From the NCBI GenBank assembly GCA_010202845.1, contig CP047921.1, forward strand, positions 750,001 to 782,000: DNA of 32,000 nucleotides. Reading direction: 5' to 3'. Made by a program: the position numbers and the translations under genes. Of the stretch, positions 17,013-25,314 are shown piece after piece. This DNA comes from Candidatus Saccharibacteria bacterium oral taxon 488 (GTDB lineage: Bacteria > Patescibacteriota > Saccharimonadia > Saccharimonadales > Saccharimonadaceae). How positions within the stretch are numbered: position 1 is the stretch's first letter; every line of letters starts with the position of its first letter. Under the pieces are notes generated by a model, which saw only the letters and a list, made by a program, of their open reading frames with translations, ran no database searches and was not told the origin of the DNA.

Positions 17013-17912
17013 ATGGAATTTCGTCAGTACAAGACAGATTTAGTAAGAGAGGGCTTAATGCCCGAAGACAGTCAGGTTGTTTCTACAAATAATAAACTGG
17101 TTGCGATATCTCCTGAACAGGGTGTTGTTTATAGAGTCAGTAAAGCTGCTGGTTCTAACCTCAGGGACGACCCCCACGACTTGGGGTATTCTCATAGGGT
17201 ATCTTGGTATGCTGCCCAGGAGGCTCCCGTAGTTTCTCCCCTTGATAGAGAACCACTAACTGCTAAAGGTTATGTCATATCAAGATACCCTTTAATGATA
17301 GGTGACGTGCATTTAAGCGAAAACAATGCTGACGAGATATTCACAATGACTCAGCGCATCAGCAGTTCCTTAAGTACGGTTTCAGACAATATGATGTTGC
17401 GTTCACTTAATATCCCGGAATATGTAGGGAGTCGCATAGAGGACCTCGAGGGCAAAAAGATATCTCATCCGGGTGATCTTGATTATATTAGAAGAGAGCT
17501 AACTGCGCTACAGCACTCTTTCCCCTTCTCTGAATTAACTAAAGATGATACAGGTCTCATACATGGTGATTTTAAAATAGAAAACATTGTCTCAGATGCA
17601 AAAGGCAATTTAAGGGCTATAGATCTTGACGCTGCCGCCGTTGGGCCTAGACTATACGACCTATCATCTTGGAGATTGCGACAAGAATTAGGCGATAAAA
17701 CACCCGTAGAATCTGTTATTGAAATTGCGCGCAAAAAGGAAAAATGGAACGATGATTACTATAAAGCGCTTATAGGCTGGAAAGCCGTTTCTTCAATGAG
17801 CTTTACCTTAAGATATGAAGACGAACAGACTAGCCACCGCAAGATCAATGAGATAGCTAGAGCTGCTATAAAATTAGGCGGTTTACTACATCATACGGAA
17901 CCTGAGGTGTAA
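17013..17912 (+). CDS. phosphotransferase of the APH / choline-kinase (eukaryotic-like kinase) family
   Basis: 299 aa. The catalytic loop is LIHGDFKIENIV (HxDxxxxN) and the metal-binding segment is AIDLDAAAVG (IDxD, the DFG equivalent). A GAGAGG Shine-Dalgarno lies upstream. Confidence 0.75.
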   Translation: MEFRQYKTDLVREGLMPEDSQVVSTNNKLVAISPEQGVVYRVSKAAGSNLRDDPHDLGYSHRVSWYAAQEAPVVSPLDREPLTAKGYVISRYPLMIGDVHLSENNADEIFTMTQRISSSLSTVSDNMMLRSLNIPEYVGSRIEDLEGKKISHPGDLDYIRRELTALQHSFPFSELTKDDTGLIHGDFKIENIVSDAKGNLRAIDLDAAAVGPRLYDLSSWRLRQELGDKTPVESVIEIARKKEKWNDDYYKALIGWKAVSSMSFTLRYEDEQTSHRKINEIARAAIKLGGLLHHTEPEV

Positions 17913-17915
17913 TTT

Positions 17916-18689
17916 ATGAATGAGATTATCTTACAACAAAAAGAAATTATTCGAATATTTACAGAATCCCGTCAAGAGCTAATGCAGTCTTATGGCAATA
18001 TAACGTACGATAGTAAACAGGATAAATCGCCAGTAACCGAACTTGATATTAAAGTCGAGAAAACTGTCAAGGAACAAATTATGGCTCAGTTTCCTGATGT
18101 AGGTATTCGAGGCGAAGAGACGACAGCTGTTAAACCAAAGAATGGTGTAACTTGGTATCTCGACCCTATAGACAGCACACTAAGTTTCATCCATGGCCTT
18201 CCATATTGTTCAAACATGGCTGCTTGTGTTGTCGATGGTGAAGTTGTAGCAAGTGTCATATATCATTTTGCAACGGATGAAATATTCACGGCCATAAGGG
18301 GGCACGGCGCTTATAAAAATAACGTTAAAATTTCTATTCATGACATCCCTCTAGCAAGTTCTTGTGTTTTTGCTGATGCCTTTGCTTATAAAAATATCTA
18401 CGCTTTATATGCCAAAGAGGATGTACGATTCTATGCGCCAGTCGGTGCAACTGGCTACTTCATGGCACTACTAGCCCAAGGTAGTATACAAGGAATTTGC
18501 TACGCAACTGCCAACCTAAAGCCACATGACGTAGCGCCAGGTGTGCTGCTTGTTCAAGAGGCGGGCGGTAAATTCGTATCATTCAACGACAGGCCATTCA
18601 ACTACGAATCGCGACAATTCTTTGCTAGCACACCAACGCTGTGTCAGTTGACGAAGCAAAAATTGCAGAAAATAAAAAAATTAATGTAG
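17916..18689 (+). CDS. inositol monophosphatase (IMPase/FBPase/CysQ) family phosphatase
   Basis: 257 aa with the motifs IRGEE, WYLDPIDSTLSFIHGLP (DPIDxT) and HDVAPGVLLVQEAGG. The gene starts 3 nt after the kinase stop, with a GAGGTG Shine-Dalgarno. Confidence 0.8.
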   Translation: MNEIILQQKEIIRIFTESRQELMQSYGNITYDSKQDKSPVTELDIKVEKTVKEQIMAQFPDVGIRGEETTAVKPKNGVTWYLDPIDSTLSFIHGLPYCSNMAACVVDGEVVASVIYHFATDEIFTAIRGHGAYKNNVKISIHDIPLASSCVFADAFAYKNIYALYAKEDVRFYAPVGATGYFMALLAQGSIQGICYATANLKPHDVAPGVLLVQEAGGKFVSFNDRPFNYESRQFFASTPTLCQLTKQKLQKIKKLM

Positions 18690-18759
18690 TATAGACGCGC
18701 AAAGACTAGTGCCCCACTATCTTTTTAACAGCCGATATTTGCCTTCTTAGCATCCTAGT

Positions 18760-19200
18760 CTACACAATCCACCTAAAATATGGCCTTTTTATTAAAACTA
18801 ACAGACGACGGTCTTTATGATCAAGTCTTAAGAGGTGTGTGTGATAATGATACACGCTTCGTGTCGTAGACAAAGGAGATCTTGTATAGATATTATATCC
18901 CTTGGCTTCATAACCCTCAAGAAGAGCAATATACTCTAGCTTAGCTTCGTCACTAAAGTCCGCGAGCTTTCCAGCATGTCTTTTCGGTATAATCATCAAG
19001 TGATCAATTACCCCCTGTCCATCCCATAAGGAATAGGGAAATTTGTTTCTAATAACCCTAAGATTACGAGTCTCGGTAATATTTTGATAGTGACCCTTAG
19101 TGATTTTACAAAAATCACAAGTTTGATCGTTTTTGTACTTCTTGTCTTTTGAGAATTTTACATAACTCCTCTCTTGACGAGTTGATCGAGGAGCTGTCAT
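18760..19200 (-). CDS. HIT (histidine triad) family nucleotide hydrolase/transferase
   Basis: 146 aa with CDFC, RNKFPY, HLMIIPKRH and the triad HYHTHLL. The NKFPY-type motif resembles the nucleotidyl-transferase (Ap4A phosphorylase/GalT-like) branch. Confidence 0.75.
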   Translation of the reverse strand: MTAPRSTRQERSYVKFSKDKKYKNDQTCDFCKITKGHYQNITETRNLRVIRNKFPYSLWDGQGVIDHLMIIPKRHAGKLADFSDEAKLEYIALLEGYEAKGYNIYTRSPLSTTRSVYHYHTHLLRLDHKDRRLLVLIKRPYFRWIV

Positions 19201-19207
19201 AAATATA

Positions 19208-19843
19208 CTACCCTATTCCCTTTCTAATTTGCGTAGAAGATATGTCGTTATCCATATTCTTTCTACCCGTAACTATCAATCTATTATCATTAAAAGCCGC
19301 TGAAGCCCACGACTCTGATCTTATACAGAATTCCGATATATGTTCCCTTCCTGGACGAATAACACATACCGCACGACCGCCATTAGATAGATGCTCTCTC
19401 ATGCTAGGTAATTGATCCGATCCAACTACGAAGAACAATCTACAGGAGGCAATACCTAAACATTGCTCTATAGTTTTGGGAACATAATCATTTATCTGGT
19501 CTATCCCTGCAGCCGGCCCCGATAGATCATCAACATAAGTTGGAGTACAATCTATTGCTGGTAGAGAAAGGATTCTGTGTACTCTCTCATCGTAAGGCCA
19601 TCCACCCTGCCCACCGCCCAACTTATCTATAACATATTCAGAACTATTAGGCGTAACTACCAGTGCTTCTACGGCCACTCCCTTAGCGATTAGCGCATGT
19701 TTTGCTGAAGTAATTGCATCAATATGACCGTCGTGTATTGGAGCAAAAGAACCAACCATAATAACCGCACCAAAGTTAGAAATATCTGTACTTAAATGCG
19801 AATCAACACCCGAAATTCTCTCTATCGTATCTATATTCGTCAT
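19208..19843 (-). CDS. NadD/NMNAT-like nucleotidyltransferase (HxGH cytidylyl/adenylyltransferase superfamily)
   Basis: The motifs are GSFAPIHDGHID (GxFxPxHxGH), VVGSDQL, VIRPG and a C-terminal ISSTQIRKG (ISSTxxR). The start was set at the ATG at 19841-19843 (MTNIDT...). The TTG at 19900 in the ORF track is less likely. The gene's stop is 7 nt upstream of the HIT gene's start. Confidence 0.75.
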   Translation of the reverse strand: MTNIDTIERISGVDSHLSTDISNFGAVIMVGSFAPIHDGHIDAITSAKHALIAKGVAVEALVVTPNSSEYVIDKLGGGQGGWPYDERVHRILSLPAIDCTPTYVDDLSGPAAGIDQINDYVPKTIEQCLGIASCRLFFVVGSDQLPSMREHLSNGGRAVCVIRPGREHISEFCIRSESWASAAFNDNRLIVTGRKNMDNDISSTQIRKGIG

Positions 19844-19946
19844 AACTTTTGTACAATTAAAGTACTTACTTGAAATAAAATCAACTACTTTTTGCCACAA
19901 CTAACATATATTTATAACAATATCACGAAGCATGATATTCTGCCAA

Positions 19947-21065
19947 TTACTCCCACCGAAACAGCTTAATCGCAGCGACATAGATAACGAGAGTCCAGGC
20001 AGCGACAGCGCCGATTTGCGGCAGGGCCTCGATAAAACTGGCATGCTCAGTCATGATCAAACGGAAACCATCAGTAATCGGCGTCATCGGGATAAACTGG
20101 GCGGCACCGCGTAACCACTCTGGGAACATGTACAGCGGGAAGAATGCACCAGACAAGAACATCATCGGGAAAGAGAGTAAGTTGCTCAGCGGTGCGGACT
20201 GATTTTCATTCTTTGCCCAGCCACCGATCATGAGACCCATACCTACCATCATAAAGGCCGCCAGCACCGCCATAAGGACAAAGAGCCCCCAATCGCCGCG
20301 CATATTAAATTGGAACATCAACATGCCAACGACAACCATCATAGTCAGGCTAAGCAGCGAAATAATCGTGTAGTGAATCGCCATAGAAATAATCAGCTGA
20401 CCCGAGGTAAACGGCGCCGCGCGCAGTCGGCGGTAGGAGCCACGCTGTTTTTCGGCCGGCATCTGGTTGGCCAGACCAAATATGCCCATACTCATCAAAC
20501 TAAATGCCAACAGTCCAGTGAATGTATAGTCAAATGGCTTCAACCGCTCGTCGCCGACAGCTTTACCAGCAGCCTTGAGCGGCGCCTCTGGCTGACCCAA
20601 ATGCTTATTTATTTCATTGGCAATCTGATTCATCACCGCAGTTAAGGCGCTACCAGTTTGCTCGGAGCCTTTTGCGTACAAGACATTGATAGTGCCAGTC
20701 GGGCGAGCATCCCTGCCCTCACCCTTCACTTTGCCAAAATCGCTTGGTAGTTCAATGATGCCGTTCAGTTCCGAACGCTTCATCTTCTCGCGAGCCTCGT
20801 CCATATCCTTGACATCTTTGATTTTAAGAATCGAGTCTTTGGCATTGTCTTTGGCGCCTTTGACGAAATTTTTAGCAAATTCTGTCTGCGAATTATTGAT
20901 AATCGCGATGTCAAAGCTGGTCGATTGATTATTAAAAATCGAACCGAATACCAACAAAAAGATGAGCGGAAACAGGAAGGTAAAGAATAGCGACATTTTA
21001 TCGCGGATGAAACGTTTTTGTTGGGCGCGTACTTGCCCGAATACACCAGTCCAATATTTTTTCAT
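19947..21065 (-). CDS. ABC-2 type transporter permease
   Basis: 372 aa with an N-terminal TM, a large extracytoplasmic loop and five C-terminal TM helices, typical of ABC-2/YadH-like exporters. It starts 1 nt after the ATPase gene. Confidence 0.85.
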   Translation of the reverse strand: MKKYWTGVFGQVRAQQKRFIRDKMSLFFTFLFPLIFLLVFGSIFNNQSTSFDIAIINNSQTEFAKNFVKGAKDNAKDSILKIKDVKDMDEAREKMKRSELNGIIELPSDFGKVKGEGRDARPTGTINVLYAKGSEQTGSALTAVMNQIANEINKHLGQPEAPLKAAGKAVGDERLKPFDYTFTGLLAFSLMSMGIFGLANQMPAEKQRGSYRRLRAAPFTSGQLIISMAIHYTIISLLSLTMMVVVGMLMFQFNMRGDWGLFVLMAVLAAFMMVGMGLMIGGWAKNENQSAPLSNLLSFPMMFLSGAFFPLYMFPEWLRGAAQFIPMTPITDGFRLIMTEHASFIEALPQIGAVAAWTLVIYVAAIKLFRWE

Positions 21066-21066
21066 A

Positions 21067-21831
21067 CTAATCCCGAATCGCCTTTCCTGTTAAATCAATA
21101 AATACGTCCTCCAAATTGGCCTGCTCGACAACTTGCTTTTTCTTAAAACCGCGCGCCAGTAGTTGCTGGATCAGATTATGTGGCGTATCAATGGTGATGA
21201 TTTTACCGTTGTCCATAATCGCCAAGCGATCGCACAGCAGCTCGGCCTCGTCCATATAATGCGTGGTCAGCACGATAGTAATACCTTCATCGCGAATCTC
21301 TTTGATCAAATCCCATAAATTGCGGCGCGCCTGCGGATCCAGCCCAGTGGTCGGCTCGTCAAGGAATAGCACCGTTGGGTTATTAACCAGCGTCGACGCG
21401 ATGGCGAAGCGCTGCTTTTGCCCGCCCGAGAGCTGCTCGACGTAGCTTTTGGCTTTGTCGGTCAATTGCACCTTGGCCAGCAGCGCGTCAGCGTCGACCG
21501 TTTGGCCGTACAGGCTGGCAAACATTTTCAATTGTTCACGCAAGGTTAGTTTGTCGTAAAACGTTGTCGATTGCAGCTGGATACCAATGATGTTTTTAAT
21601 GTGCTTCGGCTGCTTGGCAACATCAATTCCGTCGATAGTCGCCGTGCCGCCATCAATCGGCCGGAGCGCCTCCAGCATCTCGAGTGTTGTCGTCTTACCA
21701 GCGCCGTTGGGGCCGAGAATACCGAAGATCTCGCCTTTCTTGACCTCAAACGACACGCTATCGACGACATTCTTGCCATCGTACGTCTTGACGAGTTGGT
21801 CAACTGTTATGATTGGTTTGGGTTGAACCAT
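21067..21831 (-). CDS. ABC transporter ATP-binding protein (ABC-2/DrrA-type)
   Basis: Walker A is GPNGAGKTT, the signature motif is LSGGQKQR and Walker B is LFLDEPTTGLD, with an H-loop at TTHYM. A GGAG Shine-Dalgarno lies upstream. Confidence 0.92.
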   Translation of the reverse strand: MVQPKPIITVDQLVKTYDGKNVVDSVSFEVKKGEIFGILGPNGAGKTTTLEMLEALRPIDGGTATIDGIDVAKQPKHIKNIIGIQLQSTTFYDKLTLREQLKMFASLYGQTVDADALLAKVQLTDKAKSYVEQLSGGQKQRFAIASTLVNNPTVLFLDEPTTGLDPQARRNLWDLIKEIRDEGITIVLTTHYMDEAELLCDRLAIMDNGKIITIDTPHNLIQQLLARGFKKKQVVEQANLEDVFIDLTGKAIRD

Positions 21832-21975
21832 GTATAGCTCCTTTCCGCGCTCTGTTTCAGCACTGCATACCTTAGCGATAGAATGATTCCCTGTAGTCTA
21901 TCTTTAGTTAGTCATTATAACACTCTGCGTGAGGTATGCAACTCGAGAGGGCTAGCCAAGCCGACACGATACCGT

Positions 21976-21981
21976 TATACT
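21976..21981 (+). promoter_or_regulatory. -10 box (TATACT) 6 nt upstream of the CHAP-protein ATG; predicted leaderless
   Basis: The sequence reads GTTATACTAACCATATG, with the ATG at 21988. Confidence 0.4.
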
Positions 21982-21987
21982 AACCAT

Positions 21988-22644
21988 ATGCCGAAGAAGC
22001 CCCACCTCTCCATCACGCGGCCGCGCAGTCGTCTCAAGAAACGGTATGTATTTGCACTGGTGCTGATACCGTTAATCGCTGTTTGTATCAGTCTCGGCGC
22101 GCTGTATTGGCCAAAAATTACTCATAGACTTCACTTGCTGAGGGTGGCCGGTAGCATTGATTCATCACGCGGCGAGGCGACATTCCCGCAGATTGATACT
22201 ACAAATTTACATCCGACCCGGCAAAAAATTATCAGCCTCACCAAAACCGAATTCGAAGCACAATCCGCCGGCACCAAGTTCAGCCAGGGCGTCCGTGAAG
22301 CGTGGTGCGCCGATTTTGTGAGCTGGATCATGCAGCAGGCGGGTGCGCCACTAAAAAATCCGCACACTGGCGGCTGGCGTATTCCGGGAACGTTTACCCT
22401 GCGTGAATATTACGAGGCGAATGGTCGCTTCAAGCCTGCTAATTCTGGCTATCAACCGCGTCCTGGCGACGTGGCAATTTACCGCAATTCGCCGGTGTTT
22501 GGTGATCACACTAACATTGTCCTAAAAAATGACGACGGCGTTTTGACCACCGTCGGCGGCAATGAAATGAACCGTATCCGCGTGTTTACCAACCGCGATA
22601 AGCGCTACGATGGACTGCTGGGATATGGCGTGCTAGCAGAGTAA
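21988..22644 (+). CDS. membrane-anchored CHAP-domain peptidoglycan amidase/endopeptidase
   Basis: From the internal ATG the protein reads MPKKPHLSITRPRSRLKKRYVFALVLIPLIAVCISLGALYW (signal anchor). It then has AWCADFVSWIMQQAG (catalytic Cys), GDVAIY, GDHTNIV (His) and GGN, as in CHAP domains. Confidence 0.75.
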   Translation: MPKKPHLSITRPRSRLKKRYVFALVLIPLIAVCISLGALYWPKITHRLHLLRVAGSIDSSRGEATFPQIDTTNLHPTRQKIISLTKTEFEAQSAGTKFSQGVREAWCADFVSWIMQQAGAPLKNPHTGGWRIPGTFTLREYYEANGRFKPANSGYQPRPGDVAIYRNSPVFGDHTNIVLKNDDGVLTTVGGNEMNRIRVFTNRDKRYDGLLGYGVLAE

Positions 22645-22693
22645 GCCCAGCCCGTCCGATGCGGGATCGCCGCTGCCTAACCGAGTCGCCGCA

Positions 22694-23266
22694 CTACGCT
22701 GCGTGACTTGCCGCCAGTAGGAATGCCACCAATACATCGGGCTGCTGCTCAGCCAGCCACGTTACGGCGTCAACGATAGCATCCTTGTTTGTGCCACCAT
22801 TTTTGAGCTCCTCGAGGAGGCGCTTGACCGTCCGCTGCGTCTGGCCATCATACCGATCGAGGCGCATCGCCTGAGTGACTTGCTTGACCTGCTCGTCGCT
22901 AAGAGCAACGTAAGGCGAGACCACTTCGTGCGCATGCTTGGGACTGCGCTTGGCGGCTTCAGCCTTGCGTTGGAGGTTTTCCAGGCCTTCAATCGTTGCT
23001 CGCATCAAGGCCTCCGCTTCGTCCATGCCGCGTTGATAGGCCTGAGCAAATTCCTCAGAATTATCCCCGCCCTCGGAAACGATCGCCGGCAAAAACTCGA
23101 TCCGCATCACTCGGTGCATATAGGCGTCGCCCATTTCCTCGCCGGTCGCCATCACCTCACTCCACCAGGCGACAAACCGCGAATTTTCAGGATCATGCAG
23201 CTCGCGCATGGCCGGCAGCTGCGCTAATTTATCCTTAAAAAAGTGAATTAGTTTCTTGATGTCCAT
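22694..23266 (-). CDS. hypothetical cytoplasmic protein
   Basis: 190 aa ORF. TATAAT (within AGGTATAAT) lies 8 nt upstream of the ATG. No recognisable domain. Confidence 0.5.
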   Translation of the reverse strand: MDIKKLIHFFKDKLAQLPAMRELHDPENSRFVAWWSEVMATGEEMGDAYMHRVMRIEFLPAIVSEGGDNSEEFAQAYQRGMDEAEALMRATIEGLENLQRKAEAAKRSPKHAHEVVSPYVALSDEQVKQVTQAMRLDRYDGQTQRTVKRLLEELKNGGTNKDAIVDAVTWLAEQQPDVLVAFLLAASHAA

Positions 23267-23323
23267 GTTGCTTTATTATACCTAAAAACAATGGTAAGCA
23301 CAAGCGCCATCCCGCCGAGGATC

Positions 23324-24232
23324 TCAGCGCCGCTTCAAAAAATAATAGCCAATCGCCAGTGCTGCCAGCGCGCTGCCGCCAATAACCACCCAAAAGGTCA
23401 CCGGACTCTCCGCGGCCGGCAAGGGCACATTCATGCCATACAGCCCGGCCACCATGGTTGGAATAGTCAGCGCCACCGTGATCACCGTCAGCAGCCGAAT
23501 CGTCTCATTCAGCCGCGTATCCATCACTGCCCGGTAGCTATCACGCACATTGGTGATGGTTCGCAGCAGCGATTTACAACGGCTAATTACCTGTTCAAGG
23601 TCGATGGAAATATCTTCGACGTCATCCTTGTCGTCATCCTTGAGCCGCAAGCTGCGATTGGCGATCAGCCGCTCAATCGCCCAGTTCATCGGCAGCAAGG
23701 CATCCAGGTAATCATTTAACTTGCGCTCATATTCGGTCAAGGTGACGATATCACGCGCCCGCAAGGTGTGAATATCGTCAGTCGCCGCCCGCATCTGACG
23801 ATTGATGGTCGCCACCCGCCGCTGGTACTGACTTGACACCGCCTCAATCATCGCCACCACCAGTTCAATCCGCCGCGATGTCCGCACTCTGGTTTTGTCG
23901 ATAAACGGCTGCCACAGCCGACCCAGACTATCGCGCGACAATGTCACCACATACTCTTTGTGAATGCCGAACAAAATTGGCGTGGTAAAATCATTAAAAT
24001 CATCATCCGTATCCGGCAGCCGGGCGATCAAGTACGTCCACTCATCATCAAACTCAATACGCGGTACCTCGTGCGGGTCGAGCGCGTCACTAATCATATC
24101 CTCGTCCATCCCCAGCATCAGCAACTCGGACACCTCCTCTTCGGTTGGTCGCTCGCAGCGCAGCCAACTACCGCTACGCAGTGTCTGAATCGGTGCGATC
24201 GCCTCGCCTGTTGAATGCAGGTATTCTATCAT
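23324..24232 (-). CDS. corA: CorA-family magnesium/cobalt transporter (paralogue 2)
   Basis: 302 aa with a LYGMNVPLP GMN motif between two C-terminal TM helices. TATACT (revcomp of 24239-24244) lies 6 nt upstream of the ATG. Confidence 0.85.
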   Translation of the reverse strand: MIEYLHSTGEAIAPIQTLRSGSWLRCERPTEEEVSELLMLGMDEDMISDALDPHEVPRIEFDDEWTYLIARLPDTDDDFNDFTTPILFGIHKEYVVTLSRDSLGRLWQPFIDKTRVRTSRRIELVVAMIEAVSSQYQRRVATINRQMRAATDDIHTLRARDIVTLTEYERKLNDYLDALLPMNWAIERLIANRSLRLKDDDKDDVEDISIDLEQVISRCKSLLRTITNVRDSYRAVMDTRLNETIRLLTVITVALTIPTMVAGLYGMNVPLPAAESPVTFWVVIGGSALAALAIGYYFLKRR

Positions 24233-24304
24233 GTATTCAGTATAGCCTATTTGAAATATTTTGGTACCGGTTAGATGACAATAAGCTTGCGGAGGCCATC
24301 ATCG

Positions 24305-24339
24305 AAAACCACCAGCCGAGCTACCCGACTGGTGGTTTT
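24305..24339 (-). terminator. rho-independent terminator of the arc operon
   Basis: AAAACCACCAG-(13 nt loop)-CTGGTGGTTTT forms a perfect inverted repeat about 20 nt downstream of the arcC stop. T-runs are present on both strands. Confidence 0.7.
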
Positions 24340-24360
24340 GAGTATTTATTTATATGAGAG

Positions 24361-25314
24361 CTAACTCTTGATGCGCGTACCAGCGGCACCGTTGATAGCG
24401 TCAGCGGTTTTTTCGAGCGAGGTGATGATCGCCGTACGCCCCGAAGCGCCGGCCACAAAACTTAACGCCGCCTGGGTTTTCGGTAGCATTGAGCCAGCCG
24501 CAAACTGCCCAGCATCAATATGCTGCTGCAGCTCCTCGACCGATACCTCACCAAGTGACTGCTCTGTCGGCTGACCAAAATTGACCTTAGCTGCATCAAC
24601 CGACGTCAGGATCAGCAATGTATCCGCCCCGAGTGTGTCCGCCAGCTTGGCCGCACCAAAATCTTTGTCGATCACCGCCGCTACGCCGCTCAATTGACCC
24701 GACGCATCACGCAGTACCGGAATACCGCCGCCACCAGTCGAGACCACCAACACGCCGGCATCGACCAGCGCCTTGATGACGGGAGCCTCGACAATTTCCT
24801 GAGGCTTTGGTGATGGCACAACGCGCCGCCAACCACGGCCCGAGTCCTCGCGCACGGTATAGCCACGCTCGGCCTGTACCTTCTTGGCCTCTTCTTCTGA
24901 ATAAAATGGCCCAATTGGCTTGGTCGGATTTTGAAACGCTGGATCAGCCTGATCAACCACCGTCTGGGTAACGATGCTCGCTGCATACTTATCATGCACA
25001 CCACGAGTTGCCAGCGCATCGTGGATCGCTTGCTGCAACCAAAAACCAATTAGCCCCTGGCTCATCGCACCAGAATCTTCCAGCGGCAAGCTCGGCACCG
25101 CCTCGGTGTTAATCGCCTCCTCGTGTAGGACAATGTTGCCGACCTGCGGGCCATTACCGTGGACAATGGCTACGCGGTGGCCGGCTTGAATCAGCGGCAG
25201 AAGCTGGGCGATGGTTTCGTCGGCCACTCGCTGCTGCGCCTGGGACGAGGCCTCGCCCTGACGTTGCAGGGCGTTACCTCCAAGCGCGACGACAATAGTT
25301 CGCTGCTGATTCAT
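24361..25314 (-). CDS. arcC: carbamate kinase
   Basis: 317 aa with IVVALGGNAL, HGNGPQVG, STGGGGIPV and VIDKD, canonical carbamate kinase motifs. The start overlaps the upstream stop as TAATG. Confidence 0.92.
   Translation of the reverse strand: MNQQRTIVVALGGNALQRQGEASSQAQQRVADETIAQLLPLIQAGHRVAIVHGNGPQVGNIVLHEEAINTEAVPSLPLEDSGAMSQGLIGFWLQQAIHDALATRGVHDKYAASIVTQTVVDQADPAFQNPTKPIGPFYSEEEAKKVQAERGYTVREDSGRGWRRVVPSPKPQEIVEAPVIKALVDAGVLVVSTGGGGIPVLRDASGQLSGVAAVIDKDFGAAKLADTLGADTLLILTSVDAAKVNFGQPTEQSLGEVSVEELQQHIDAGQFAAGSMLPKTQAALSFVAGASGRTAIITSLEKTADAINGAAGTRIKS

Larger units (their letters stand above)
16875..19946. other. low-GC inserted segment (genomic islet) carrying four genes, no recombinase
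   Basis: Hand counts of sample 60-nt lines give about 40-42% GC here, against about 55-68% in flanking core genes. The segment is bounded by the permease tail remnant on the left and the intact permease stop on the right. Confidence 0.65.

Noticed and set aside
16875-19946. Calling the low-GC insert a mobile element (IS, transposon or integrative element)
   Set aside because: I found no integrase, transposase or recombinase ORF and no terminal inverted repeats. Only the duplicated host gene tail supports insertion, so it is annotated as an islet of unknown mobility.
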